Assembly: GCA_030647555.1 (NCBI GenBank)
Contig: JAUSJG010000007.1
Coordinates: 36,169 to 100,168 of the forward strand
Direction: 5' to 3'
Length of the DNA stretch: 64,000 bases
From: a bacterium
GTDB taxonomy: Bacteria; Patescibacteriota; Andersenbacteria; UBA10190; CAIZMI01
Shown piece by piece: positions 1 to 9,740 of this stretch. The translations under genes and the position numbers were made by a program. The first letter of the stretch is position 1, and each line of letters begins with the position of its first letter. The notes under the pieces are model-generated. The model was given only the letters and a program-made list of their open reading frames with translations. It was not told the origin of the DNA and ran no database searches.

Positions 1-98
1 TAAGCGACATTGGCCAACATTTGCAGTTCATCGTAGCGCTGTTTCAGTGATTCGTATTCCTCCATTATTTCCGCTTTTTTCATTTTTTCGATAGGCAT
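1..98 (-). CDS. Hypothetical protein, partial; the N-terminus is in the window and the gene continues past position 1
   Basis: The reverse complement of 1..98 reads ATG CCT ATC... and encodes MPIEKMKKAEIMEEYESLKQRYDELQMLANVA. The ATG complement is at 96-98. Confidence 0.4.
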   Translation of the reverse strand, partial: MPIEKMKKAEIMEEYESLKQRYDELQMLANVA

Positions 99-249
99 AA
101 TTTTCACGAGAAGGATTAGTACTGTGAGCTTATAACTGGACTTTGCGGTTGTCCAGACTAACAGCACTAACCAACACCACTCCCGAAGAAGTGCCTCGGA
201 ACCACTTCGGGAGTGAACACGACGATGAAATCACTCAGTCAATTCTTGT

Positions 250-1122
250 TTACGCTTTTCCAGCACTGCCCAATAGTTGCACTTTTGACGCTACTACTAC
301 TTGGACGGCCTTACGGACTGGTGTAAGTATTTTGCGAGGATCGACCGATACAATTTTTGTTTTTTCTTCATCATTCATTCCTTTTTCAATAGAATCATGA
401 AAAGCCTCACGCAACTCTGTGTCTATATTTACTTTCGCGATACCCATTTTTACTGCTTGAGTAATTTCCATTGGAGGTAACCCAGATGCGCCGTGGAGGA
501 CCAGTGGTACTTTCACGACCTTATGAATTTCTCGCAATCGTTCGAAGCGAATTTTTTCTTCGCCGCGAAACGCGCCATGAATTGTACCAACCGACACGGC
601 CAATGCATCTACGCCTGTTGCAACAACGAAATTAACAGCTTCCGTTGGATCAGTAAGCATCGATTCATCCATTTTTATATCGGAAGCGACCATTCCTTCT
701 TTACCTTGAATTGCGCCAATTTCTCCTTCCACCCAGACGTCATTTTGATGTGCTAATTCTACGACTTTTTTTGTTAAAGCAACATTTTCGTCGAATGATA
801 ATTTGGAACCATCGATCATCACTGACTTATAGCCGACGTGAATACATTTTTGAACAATTTCGAACGAACGACCATGGTCGAGATGAATAAATATTGGAAC
901 AGAAACTGATTTTGCGACATCACTAATAATGTCGCGCAATGTTTCTAATCCGGCGTATTCAATCGCGCTTTCAGAGGTTTGAATAATTCCCGGGGAGTTT
1001 TTTTCCTGCAGACCCCAAGCAATTGCTTGGGTCATTTCCAAATTTGATGTATTAAACGCCCCGAGTGCCCAACCTTCACGGAAGGCTTGTTCATATAAGG
1101 AATGTGGGTTTTTGATGAGCAT
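250..1122 (-). CDS. fba: Class II fructose-bisphosphate aldolase
   Basis: 290 aa. Carries HLDHG and other class II FBA/tagatose-bisphosphate aldolase family motifs (GEIG, HGASG). Confidence 0.85.
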   Translation of the reverse strand: MLIKNPHSLYEQAFREGWALGAFNTSNLEMTQAIAWGLQEKNSPGIIQTSESAIEYAGLETLRDIISDVAKSVSVPIFIHLDHGRSFEIVQKCIHVGYKSVMIDGSKLSFDENVALTKKVVELAHQNDVWVEGEIGAIQGKEGMVASDIKMDESMLTDPTEAVNFVVATGVDALAVSVGTIHGAFRGEEKIRFERLREIHKVVKVPLVLHGASGLPPMEITQAVKMGIAKVNIDTELREAFHDSIEKGMNDEEKTKIVSVDPRKILTPVRKAVQVVVASKVQLLGSAGKA

Positions 1123-1276
1123 GGTATATAAAATATTATTTTTGAGATTGCTTCCACCCTTCGCCTCTTGGCTACGGAGTGGCAGGCGGCGCTGAAGTGC
1201 CTCGCAAAGACGGACGCTTACTCTTACTCACTAAAACCCACCCCCGCCCTCCTTTAACAAAGGAGGGAATCGCCGA

Positions 1277-2107
1277 CTACGCTAAACTCGCGACCTCGCG
1301 GATTATGGCTACTAACTCGGCTGGTTTAGTGGACGCGCCACCAACTAACGCTCCATCTACACCCGGTTCGGACACAAACTTCTTTACCGTTTTCGCGGTT
1401 ACGCTACCACCGTATAAAACGCGCATCTTGTCCATATATTTATTGCCACCCGCTTCGGAAATTATTTTGCGAATAAGATTAATAATTTCTGCCACTTCTT
1501 GTGCTTCGGGTTGCGGTGCTTCCAGTCCCGGCCCCGCACTGATTGCCCAAACCGGTTCGTAGGCAAAGGTGATCCGCGGAAAATCCAGCAGTGAAATATC
1601 AGCCAACACCCTTCTAACTTGTTCCCGAATTTTTTCGATCGTTTTCTCTGCTTCATGTTCTTCAAAAGATTCCCCGACGCAAATAATCGGATGAATACCA
1701 TTTTTAAGCGCCAGTTTAGTTTTTAGGGCAACAATTTCGTCTGTATCACCGTGGTATTTTCGTCTTTCGGAATGACCAACAATACAGTGACGAACATAGT
1801 CTTTTACCTCACTAACTGACACATCGCCCGTATATGCACCGGACTCCATGAAATGAATGTCTTGGGCTGCAATCTCCACCGTGCTTCCGTTACAAATTTC
1901 TTTTATCGCGGACAAAAGAGGATAGGAAGGGCTGATAATAACGTCCACTGGTTCATCGCGTAATATTTTTACTAAGCTCTGTGCGGCGGCGATGGACGCT
2001 TTCGCGTCTAAATACATTTTCCAGTTTGCGACTATTAGGGGTTTGCGTTGCATGTTGTTTGTTAAAACTAAATCATCTTTCTTTGACCAGGGACCGACCT
2101 TGGACAA
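1277..2107 (-). CDS. tpiA: Triosephosphate isomerase
   Basis: 276 aa. Motifs IVANWKMY, GHSERR, ICVGE and YEPVWAI are TIM signatures. Confidence 0.9.
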   Translation of the reverse strand: MSKVGPWSKKDDLVLTNNMQRKPLIVANWKMYLDAKASIAAAQSLVKILRDEPVDVIISPSYPLLSAIKEICNGSTVEIAAQDIHFMESGAYTGDVSVSEVKDYVRHCIVGHSERRKYHGDTDEIVALKTKLALKNGIHPIICVGESFEEHEAEKTIEKIREQVRRVLADISLLDFPRITFAYEPVWAISAGPGLEAPQPEAQEVAEIINLIRKIISEAGGNKYMDKMRVLYGGSVTAKTVKKFVSEPGVDGALVGGASTKPAELVAIIREVASLA

Positions 2108-2130
2108 ACCTGTCCAAGGTCGGTCCCTGG

Positions 2131-3171
2131 TCAGAATTGGCCCCGTAAATACTCGGCGTCATCTTCCGGCAGAGTTGTACTAATTTCCACTCCCGTGGCC
2201 ATTTCGAACCCGGCCGACATTTGCATTCTTGGCAAGATATGAATCTGCCAATGAAAGTGCGCGTATTGATCTCGCGGATAATATGAGCCGGTGTCATCAC
2301 ACGGCGAGGAATAAAGATACATATTATATGCCGGATTATCAAAACCCTTATTCAGTCCTCCCGTGGCCCGCTTGAGCACTTCAACTAGTTGAGGTAATTC
2401 CAAATCGGTTAATCTTTCAAAACCGGCATGATGCTCTTTGGGAAGAATCCATTGTTCATAACTAACACGCGGTGCAAAGGGGGCCAACAAAATAAATAAA
2501 TCATTTTCAAAAATAACCCGCGTTTTTTCACGGCGTTCAAATTGGACAATATCGCAATAACCACAATGTTTGTTTTTCTGAAAATATCTTTCCGCCCCGT
2601 CCAACAAATCCAAAACCTCATCAGTGGGAATAATCGGTAAAGCAAAAATTTGCCCATGAATGTGTTCCAAAGACGCGCCTGCACCCTGCAAATGATTCTC
2701 AATTACTTGCACGTAGTTTACCGTTGGTTTTTTTGTAAAATACAGATAACGATCGCGCAATGCTTTCAAAAAATACATTAGATCTGTTTCGGAAGACTTG
2801 TATGGATAACCGTTATGCTCACGGCCTACCACCACCTCGTGAAAACCAACCCCCTCCATGGCGCGATATAAACCTTCCTGCCTTTCCGCGACGGTGTCTT
2901 TTTCAATAAAAGCCGGATATTTATTGGGAAAAACACGGACCCGCCAGTCCTCTGTGTTTGGTAAATCCAATGTCGTCGGTTTCTGTGGAAATTTATCTTG
3001 ATTACAGAACGGACAATCCGGTTTATAGTTAGGAATTTCTTCCTTCATTTCGTGCCCCTTATTAAAATCCTCCGGTTTTTTCGTCCGCGCAGTCGCCAAA
3101 ACAACCCATTTCCCCGTTATTGGATCCTGCCGAAGTTCCGAATCTTTAAATGACTTGGTGGAATGGGTCAT
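2131..3171 (-). CDS. Galactose-1-phosphate uridylyltransferase-like protein (GalT/HIT superfamily)
   Basis: Has the CPFC zinc motif, EHIHGQIFALP (HxHxQ) and a second half-HIT motif HFHWQIHILP. The start is set at the internal ATG at 3171. The longest ORF would start at 3228 and overlap the GT2 gene by 83 nt. Confidence 0.65.
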   Translation of the reverse strand: MTHSTKSFKDSELRQDPITGKWVVLATARTKKPEDFNKGHEMKEEIPNYKPDCPFCNQDKFPQKPTTLDLPNTEDWRVRVFPNKYPAFIEKDTVAERQEGLYRAMEGVGFHEVVVGREHNGYPYKSSETDLMYFLKALRDRYLYFTKKPTVNYVQVIENHLQGAGASLEHIHGQIFALPIIPTDEVLDLLDGAERYFQKNKHCGYCDIVQFERREKTRVIFENDLFILLAPFAPRVSYEQWILPKEHHAGFERLTDLELPQLVEVLKRATGGLNKGFDNPAYNMYLYSSPCDDTGSYYPRDQYAHFHWQIHILPRMQMSAGFEMATGVEISTTLPEDDAEYLRGQF

Positions 3172-4015
3172 CGTATATTTTGCGCCAAATATTTCGTCGA
3201 ATCCGAAAAACTTCCCCCAATACTTCAATATATGCGCCAGCCGACACGCGACTATTTGGATCGTTTAGCCAAACTACCGGTGCTTCTTTCATCTTAAAAC
3301 CAAGCCGTTGTGCCACCGCCAAAATTTCAACGTCAAATCCCCAGCGATCGATAGTTAGACGAGGACAAATTTTTTCCACTGATGCGCCCGTAAACATCTT
3401 AAACCCACACTGCGTATCATGAATACCTCGTACGGCCATTATCTGAATCAAGAGGTTCCCCATCTGTCCCGCTAACTCCTTATACCAAGCTTGATGAATT
3501 TCTACATCCGAATCACTCAAGTGACGCGAGCCAATCACAATATCATATCCCTGTTCCTTAAAATATGGGAAAAAACGGTCAACATGATCGATGGAAGTAG
3601 AATTATCCGCATCCATAAAGACTCGATATTTACCAACAGCTTGCATTAAGCCATATCGAACGGCGTAGCCCTTGCCGTGATTCTTCGCGTCAGGATACTG
3701 GACAGCCTCAAATTTCTGAATTCCTTTTATCGCACCGGCCTGCACTTGCGTCTTGGTGGCAAAATCACGCACCACATCACTTGTTTTGTCTTTTGAACCA
3801 TCGTCTACCACCAATATCTCGGATGAATAATTCTGCTTTTGCAAAAACGCAACAACACTCTTTAGTGTTTCCGGGAGTCGTTTTTCCTCGTTATAAGCGG
3901 GAATGATGACGGAGAGGTAGGTGGTAGCTTGTTTTTCCACCGGGTTTGATGTTTCAGACATGGCTAGATTATAACATGACTTTCGATTGACATAAAATGC
4001 CGAAAAAATTATCAA
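3146..4015 (-). CDS. Family 2 glycosyltransferase (dolichol-P-sugar/polyprenol-P glycosyltransferase-like)
   Basis: 289 aa. The N-terminal VIIPAYNEE...VVDDGSKD motifs are typical of GT2. Confidence 0.8.
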   Translation of the reverse strand: MIIFSAFYVNRKSCYNLAMSETSNPVEKQATTYLSVIIPAYNEEKRLPETLKSVVAFLQKQNYSSEILVVDDGSKDKTSDVVRDFATKTQVQAGAIKGIQKFEAVQYPDAKNHGKGYAVRYGLMQAVGKYRVFMDADNSTSIDHVDRFFPYFKEQGYDIVIGSRHLSDSDVEIHQAWYKELAGQMGNLLIQIMAVRGIHDTQCGFKMFTGASVEKICPRLTIDRWGFDVEILAVAQRLGFKMKEAPVVWLNDPNSRVSAGAYIEVLGEVFRIRRNIWRKIYDDPFHQVI

Positions 4016-4133
4016 TTTTCAATGGCCAATTTTCAATTAATGTTCAAACTCCAATTTTCAAACAACGACGTCGTAATTGATAATTGAGCCATTGATAATT
4101 AATTGAAAATTGGGAATTGATAATTGAAAATTA
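3998..4133. repeat. Family B long imperfect palindrome. Arms are built from TCAATT/TTGATAATT units around a central CAAACAACGACGTCG.
   Basis: The left arm is the approximate reverse complement of the right arm around the centre near 4068. The same architecture and central motif recur at 12442, 15770, 17748, 18862, 34030, 36683 and 42233. Confidence 0.8.
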
Positions 4134-4532
4134 TCTTTTCCTGTTTTTCTCCAACCAAGTCTCCAGCAACAACCGCGCCGCTTCCGCGTCCGGACTCTTC
4201 ATCCCTTTCATTCGTGCCGCCATCGCGCTGGATTTGGTGGAAAAACGTTCGTCCACAAATTCTAATGGCAACCCGAGGTTATTCGTTAACTCATTGCCAA
4301 AAGACCGCACAATCGATGCCTGCGGGCCCTCTTGGCCGTCTAAAGACAACGGTAAACCCAGCAAAATTCTTTCCACGCGTTCATTGTTTGCAACCCGCCG
4401 GATTGCCTCAAAACATTCATTACGCGGTTCGGCCGGAACGGTTTTTAATGCCAACGCAAATTTTTGGTCGGTATCGGTAATCGCCAACCCCACCCGCACC
4501 GACCCGTAATCAATTGCCAGTACTGTACCCAT
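4131..4532 (-). CDS. ruvX: Putative Holliday junction resolvase / pre-16S rRNA nuclease YqgF (RuvX)
   Basis: 133 aa. N-terminal LAIDYGSVRVGLAI with a conserved acidic residue, and the length, match YqgF. Confidence 0.75.
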   Translation of the reverse strand: MGTVLAIDYGSVRVGLAITDTDQKFALALKTVPAEPRNECFEAIRRVANNERVERILLGLPLSLDGQEGPQASIVRSFGNELTNNLGLPLEFVDERFSTKSSAMAARMKGMKSPDAEAARLLLETWLEKNRKR

Positions 4533-5314
4533 TATTTTGTCGTTGTGAGCACGCGCGTTCCGTCTTTCGTAATCGCGACAGTTACCTCTTCATGCGCGGA
4601 AAACTTCCCGTCTTCAGTCAATACTGTCCAACCGTCATCGGCCGTTACAATTTCTTTTTTACCCATATTCACCATTGGTTCAATGGCGATAACCGTACCG
4701 ATTGGCAATGAAACGCCTTGTCCTTTTCGGCCATAATTTGGCACGTTCGGCGCTTCATGAAGCGCAAAACCCACGCCGTGACCGACCATCTCGCGCACCA
4801 CCGAATAACCGGCTTTTTCCGCCACTTTCTGCACCGACGCGCCAATTTCACCCGTTGTAACATTTGGTTTAACCACGTCGATTGCGGCTTGAAGTGATTG
4901 CTTTGTCGTAGCAATTAAACTTTTCGACGCCGATGAAATTTTTCCCACCCCAACCGTCATTGCCGTATCCGTATAAAGTCCGTCGTAAAGACAACCAATA
5001 TCCAAACTGACAATGTCACCTTCTTCCAAAGGTTGATCATTAGGAATCCCGTGAACCACCGCGCTGTTTACCGAAACACACAAAGTTGCCGGGAAGGCTT
5101 CTACCGCTTCTCCCGACGGAGAATAATTTTTAAAAGCCGGTTGTGCGCCTTTTTCCAAAAGTTTCTTTTCGGCCGTTTGATCTAATTCAATACCTGTGAT
5201 CCCAGGCTTTACCATTCCCGCCACTTCTTCCAAAACAGTACGCAAAATTTTTCCACCTTTAGCCATTCGCTCGATTTCTTCGGTGGTTTTTAATTTTATT
5301 TCTAATTTGTTCAT
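4532..5314 (-). CDS. map: Methionine aminopeptidase type I
   Basis: 260 aa. VVHGIP, the DIGC...YDGLY region and GHGVG are MAP1 motifs. It sits downstream of adk as in spc/alpha operons. Confidence 0.9.
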   Translation of the reverse strand: MNKLEIKLKTTEEIERMAKGGKILRTVLEEVAGMVKPGITGIELDQTAEKKLLEKGAQPAFKNYSPSGEAVEAFPATLCVSVNSAVVHGIPNDQPLEEGDIVSLDIGCLYDGLYTDTAMTVGVGKISSASKSLIATTKQSLQAAIDVVKPNVTTGEIGASVQKVAEKAGYSVVREMVGHGVGFALHEAPNVPNYGRKGQGVSLPIGTVIAIEPMVNMGKKEIVTADDGWTVLTEDGKFSAHEEVTVAITKDGTRVLTTTK

Positions 5315-5985
5315 AATCCCAGTCTTTTTCTTATCACTTTTTCCACATCTTCAGCAACTTCCGTGATTGGGCGAGCACCATCAATATGCTCACTTAAACC
5401 AAGACTATCAAGATAATTGATTACCGGCTGAGTGCGATATTTGAATTCCTCCCAGCGATTTTCCATTGCTTCCGGAACATCGTCGACACGCTTCACCAAC
5501 TGAGCACCGCATTTTTGACATTTTTCTGTTCCAACTATCGCGGGCGTATTACATTTTTCACAAACCATTCTTACCAACAGACGCTCGCGCGCATTCATAA
5601 TCGGTATATCCAAACAAATTGCCAAAATTTTTCCAACATGGTCTTTACCCAATTCAGCCAAAAGCGCTTCTACTTCATACAAAGTCCTGGGCGATCCATC
5701 AAACACAACCCCGTTTCCGCGAGCAAGAATCTCCTTCGTTTTTCCAACAACAATTTCAACCACAATTGGCGGAGGGGCCAAGGTGCCGGCATCAATTATT
5801 GCCGTGATCATTTTAGCAACCTCGGTCGACTCTGTTCGCATCGAACGCAAAATTTTCCCGGTTTCAATTCTTTCAAAACCGAGGCGTTCCTGAACAAAAC
5901 GCGCCTGGGTTCCCTTTCCGGACCCCGGTGCGCCCATGAACATAATTACTCCTTTACCTTTTTTGGAATTTTCCATCGCGCCCAT
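5311..5985 (-). CDS. adk: Adenylate kinase (long form with zinc-binding lid)
   Basis: GAPGSGKGTQA P-loop. The CEKC...CQKCG lid has four cysteines. Confidence 0.9.
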   Translation of the reverse strand: MGAMENSKKGKGVIMFMGAPGSGKGTQARFVQERLGFERIETGKILRSMRTESTEVAKMITAIIDAGTLAPPPIVVEIVVGKTKEILARGNGVVFDGSPRTLYEVEALLAELGKDHVGKILAICLDIPIMNARERLLVRMVCEKCNTPAIVGTEKCQKCGAQLVKRVDDVPEAMENRWEEFKYRTQPVINYLDSLGLSEHIDGARPITEVAEDVEKVIRKRLGL

Positions 5986-6029
5986 AGAATAACTTGATTT
6001 TTATTTTTGAGCAAGAAACACTACTTTTA

Positions 6030-6155
6030 AACCCCAAATCCCAATGTCCAATGTCCAACAAAATCACAAATCCAAAAACCCAAAACGACGTGTTTTTGGG
6101 ATTTAGATAATTTAGGATTTTGTTGAGGTTTGGGGTTTGAAAATTGGGATTTTCA
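6030..6155. repeat. Family C long imperfect palindrome. Arms are built from CCCAAA/TTTGGG units around a centre AAAACGACGTGTTTT.
   Basis: Left arm CCCCAAATCCCAATGTCCAA..., right arm ...TTGGGGTTTGAAAATTGGGATTTT. Related copies are at 9526 and 16676. Confidence 0.75.
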
Positions 6156-6158
6156 GCC

Positions 6159-7460
6159 TCAGCTGTTCTCGTACTCGCGCATCGTCAACTGCGCGTCGAT
6201 TTGTTTCATTGTTTCAAGAATAACGGACACGACGATGAGCAAGCCTGTGCCACCAACCGTCAAAGTGCTCATTTTTGTAAAACCCTGTGCGACTAATGGC
6301 AAGACCGCGATTATCCCTAGGAAAAGCGCGCCGGCTAATGTAATTCTGTTTGTAACGGCCTTCAGGTAAAGCATGGTCGCGTGACCAGGACGAATCCCCG
6401 GCACGAACCCGCCCTGTTTCTGCAAGTGTTCGGCAATACGTTTCGGATCAAATGTAACGGCGGTATAAAAATAAGTAAACACAACAACAAGCAAGAAGTA
6501 GAAAATGCCATAGAAGGCACTGTTATTAAACAAACCCACAACACTGCGAGAAATTTCCGCGATTATGGTAATTGAGGATGTTGCGAAAAATTGTGCGATC
6601 ACTCCTGGAAATAAAAGAAGTGACAAAGCGAAAATAATTGGAATGACGCCGGCCTGATTAACACGCAACGGCAAGTGAGTTGATACCCCACCCATTAATT
6701 TTCCACCACGAACGCGTTTGGCATAACTGACCGGAATATTACGCTGGGCTTCTGTCACAAAAACGACACCGGCCGTAACTACAACGGCAATCAGCAAAAA
6801 CACCAAATAAACCGGAATTTTGGTCGGATCATACAATGAAACGGTTTGCTGTAACGATTGTGGAAGTTGCGCGATAATACCGACAAAAATAATCAACGAA
6901 GCACCATTGCCCAGTCCTTGTTCGGTAATAATTTCACCAAGCCACATCAGCAATATTGACCCAGCCGTGACGGTAATAATTGTGATGGCCATTTCGAGTG
7001 GCGTGAAAGTGAGTTGTGCGCCAACACCGCCGGAAGCGGACCCACGCTGTAAAATTGTCAGGAAACCAAAAGCCTGCACGATACCAAGCGGTACCGCCAT
7101 AAGCCTAGTATACATTTGAATTTTTTGACGACCGGCTTCCCCTTCTTCCCGTTGTAACTGTTCAAACTTTGGAATAATAACAGTGAGCAACTGCATTACA
7201 ATCGAAGCCGTGATGTACGGACCAACTCCAAGCATTGCCAAAGATAGTCTCGACAAACCGCCTCCGGAAAAGATGTTCAAGAGACCGATAAGATTATTTC
7301 CTTCAAAGAAACGCCTTAAGCTTTCCGCCTCAATCCCGGGAACTGGGATATGAGAAGCGATACGAAAAACCACTAACAGCCCAATCATGATTAAAAGTTT
7401 TTTTCTAAGATCGGGAGCCTTGAATAAGGCACTAAAACGGGCAAATGGTTGCATACCCAA
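6159..7460 (-). CDS. secY: Preprotein translocase subunit SecY
   Basis: 433 aa. Polytopic and shows SecY family similarity across its whole length. It sits between rplO and adk. Confidence 0.95.
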   Translation of the reverse strand: MGMQPFARFSALFKAPDLRKKLLIMIGLLVVFRIASHIPVPGIEAESLRRFFEGNNLIGLLNIFSGGGLSRLSLAMLGVGPYITASIVMQLLTVIIPKFEQLQREEGEAGRQKIQMYTRLMAVPLGIVQAFGFLTILQRGSASGGVGAQLTFTPLEMAITIITVTAGSILLMWLGEIITEQGLGNGASLIIFVGIIAQLPQSLQQTVSLYDPTKIPVYLVFLLIAVVVTAGVVFVTEAQRNIPVSYAKRVRGGKLMGGVSTHLPLRVNQAGVIPIIFALSLLLFPGVIAQFFATSSITIIAEISRSVVGLFNNSAFYGIFYFLLVVVFTYFYTAVTFDPKRIAEHLQKQGGFVPGIRPGHATMLYLKAVTNRITLAGALFLGIIAVLPLVAQGFTKMSTLTVGGTGLLIVVSVILETMKQIDAQLTMREYENS

Positions 7461-7496
7461 ACATGATAGGATATTTATGACTTTTTTGCCAGTGTA

Positions 7497-7600
7497 TTGA
7501 GGTCGGACATCGCGCTAGGGTCGGACTTTGTGAAAGGTCCGACCCTCATTGGTAGCGCCGTAGACCAATCAAGGTCGGACCCCTTCGCGGAGTCCGACCT
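7497..7600. repeat. REP-like hairpin cluster of the form RGGTCGGAC-N9-11-GTCCGACCY; at least three hairpins
   Basis: Example hairpins are AGGGTCGGACtttgtgaaaGGTCCGACCCT and AAGGTCGGACcccttcgcggaGTCCGACCTT, both with perfect 10-bp stems. The same motif recurs at 40805-40900, 50745-50960, 60596-60700 and 61722-61800. Confidence 0.7.
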
Positions 7601-7603
7601 TGA

Positions 7604-7640
7604 ACAAAAAAATCGGGTGCTCGCAAATTGCGAACACCCG
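7604..7640 (-). terminator. Rho-independent terminator after the 266-aa membrane protein gene
   Basis: Hairpin CGGGTGCTCGCAAATTGCGAACACCCG. On the minus strand it is followed by a run of seven U. Confidence 0.6.
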
Positions 7641-7660
7641 TTGACTCGACTCTCGAAAAG

Positions 7661-8461
7661 CTACACTTGCACGACCGCCTGCTCGCGACGCTCCTTGTCG
7701 GCGATGACGGCCTCGAGCGCCCCGAGGCTTAAACTCCCAGGACACTTTGTGTGAAACCGTACATCTTCCGGACCGACCTGCATCGGATTGGGATCAGAAC
7801 CGGTATTGAACACAAACAGCATATAGCGATCGTCAGCCAACCTATATGTTTTGTGCACCTCCGGGTTTTTTCGGTCACCACGGACTTCACTGAAAATCAG
7901 CTCTCCTTCATCCATGGCACGAGACCGATCCTCGACGATGTACTCGACAACTAATCCCTCGACAGTAGTTCTCGTTTTGACAATTTCCTTTTGGCGCTTT
8001 TCTTCCGCTTCGAACTTCACCGAGGCTTCATCGGAGATGCGTCGCGCCAAACGCGCACGCAATTCGGATTCGTGAGACCCATCGGATTCGGGAACCACAG
8101 CCTTCTTTTCCCGCCAATCATCTCCCAGTTCCTTCAGGCAAGCGGCAAATTCCTCATTCTGCCTCATGTGTCGCACAAACATCCTGTTGGCCTCTTCGAT
8201 GACCTCGGGCAGTGTTTCCGGGTGAATAAACGACAGAGTCTCGAAATGGCGACGACCATACTTCTGAATAAATAGGGTTGAATCATTCGGATCGTTCGGA
8301 TTCCACACGGAGGATGAAACCAACTCCCTCCGATTTTCTTCATCATCTAGTACGTTCATAACCCACCTCCAGATGAAGCCGATCAAAACAGCCGTCCCCC
8401 AAAAACCGAACCACACAAAAGCAAACCACCAGCCCACATTCGGATTCTCTAGACTAAACAT
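7661..8461 (-). CDS. Hypothetical protein with an N-terminal transmembrane anchor
   Basis: 266 aa. The N-terminal WWFAFVWFGFWGTAVLIGFIW is hydrophobic and the rest is charged and soluble. No family is recognisable. It interrupts the rplO-secY junction. Confidence 0.55.
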   Translation of the reverse strand: MFSLENPNVGWWFAFVWFGFWGTAVLIGFIWRWVMNVLDDEENRRELVSSSVWNPNDPNDSTLFIQKYGRRHFETLSFIHPETLPEVIEEANRMFVRHMRQNEEFAACLKELGDDWREKKAVVPESDGSHESELRARLARRISDEASVKFEAEEKRQKEIVKTRTTVEGLVVEYIVEDRSRAMDEGELIFSEVRGDRKNPEVHKTYRLADDRYMLFVFNTGSDPNPMQVGPEDVRFHTKCPGSLSLGALEAVIADKERREQAVVQV

Positions 8462-8799
8462 AACCCCCTACCCTTTTACCGAGACCCGCTCGGCACGGTT
8501 CCGTCATATAGGCGGAAAACTTGCTCCCGTTTACGTATCCGCGTATAGCGAACTTTGGGAGCGACCAAACAAACCCACCGGCATTAAACGCCAGCGAGTA
8601 ACTACTCTCAATTTATGCAATTTGGGAAAATACAGACAGATAAATCAGCCCCTAATTATACTCCCAAACAGAGTTTTTGTAAATAGTGTGGGATTTTTAG
8701 GGATTTTATTAGCTTGGGTTGGCTGATTTTTACGAACATTGACGAACGACGACACATTAAGGAGTATCCTGCGAAAGGATACTCCTTAAACGGACGTGA

Positions 8800-8832
8800 C
8801 AACCAAAACGAGAGCGCGTGAGCGCTCTCGTT
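8800..8832 (-). terminator. Rho-independent terminator after the thermonuclease gene
   Basis: Perfect hairpin AACGAGAGCGCgtgaGCGCTCTCGTT, flanked by T/A runs on both sides, so it may act in both directions. A second perfect hairpin, AAGGAGTATCCtgcgaaAGGATACTCCTT, lies at 8758-8787. Confidence 0.55.
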
Positions 8833-8916
8833 TCTATTATTACTTGAGATTGCCCGCCCCTTCAGGGGCGAGGCTCGCCCAGATGGGCGGCTTCGGCCTC
8901 GCAAAGACTACGCTGA

Positions 8917-9444
8917 CTATTTCGTCTTAGTGTAAAATCCGTCGCACTTGTTGGCGGCCCAGAATCCACGCTTTGCGGCTTTTGCTTCTTTTTCAAATTT
9001 CATAAATGTTTTTTGGTAGAACGATGGCTTCTTGGCATTAACGGCTTTTGCGTAACCGTCGCGAATCATCATTGTGCCAAAAACGCGCCCGTCTTCCATC
9101 ACGACATTGCGAAGCAAGTTGCCGTTCTTGTCTTCATTGCCCTGTGTTTCGTCCTCAATTAATGTCACAAACGCGCTTTCGGCGATTTTCTTGGCGCGTA
9201 CCCACGAGTCTTTGCTGTAGCACTGCGCTTTCGTCGTTGCCGTCAGGCGATCCGGCGCGTCCATCCCGATTACCTTCACGAATTTGGAATCGCCATTTAT
9301 GGAAACCTGCAGCCAATCACCGCTCAACACCGACAACACTTTGACATGTTCGTCCTTGTGCGGTGCCGCCACAACCGGCATAATTGGAAAAAGGCTCGCC
9401 ACAAATGAGAGTGAAACGACACTTGCTGCTAGCTTCTTAAACAT
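8917..9444 (-). CDS. Secreted thermonuclease (staphylococcal nuclease/SNase-like)
   Basis: A signal-peptide-like N-terminus, MFKKLAASVVSLSFVASLFPIMPVVAA, is followed by an SNase fold whose segments are VIGMDAPD, GNLLRNVV and KRGFWA. The start is set at the ATG at 9444. Confidence 0.7.
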   Translation of the reverse strand: MFKKLAASVVSLSFVASLFPIMPVVAAPHKDEHVKVLSVLSGDWLQVSINGDSKFVKVIGMDAPDRLTATTKAQCYSKDSWVRAKKIAESAFVTLIEDETQGNEDKNGNLLRNVVMEDGRVFGTMMIRDGYAKAVNAKKPSFYQKTFMKFEKEAKAAKRGFWAANKCDGFYTKTK

Positions 9445-9525
9445 AGTTTGTGTTTGATTAATAATATTACCTGTAAATTGTAGCACAAACCGAAAGACGG
9501 TACCTGTTGATAAAGCAGTACTTTT

Positions 9526-9680
9526 AAATTCCAAACCCCAATGACCCAGCCGTCGCTAAAGCTATGGCCGGCAGGCCAATGTCCAACAAAATCCTAAACA
9601 CACTAAAACCCAAAGACGCGTTTTGGGATTTAGGAAATTATGGTTTTGTTGGGATTTGGGGTTTGGACATTGGGATTTTT
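9526..9680. repeat. Family C long imperfect palindrome
   Basis: Arms are CCAAACCCCAATGACCCAG...CCAATGTCCAACAAAATCCTAAACAC and ...GGGATTTAGGAAATTATGGTTTTGTTGGGATTTGGGGTTTGGACATTGGG, around CAAAGACGCGTTTTGGG. Confidence 0.75.
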
Positions 9681-9740
9681 GAGGCCATTTGTCCCCGTCC
9701 AAATCTCCCCTCGCCCCTCTTTGAAAAAGAGGGGAACACT

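Noticed and set aside
143-400. 85-aa plus-strand ORF at 143-400
   Set aside because: It largely overlaps the well-supported fba gene on the opposite strand and is antisense to it.
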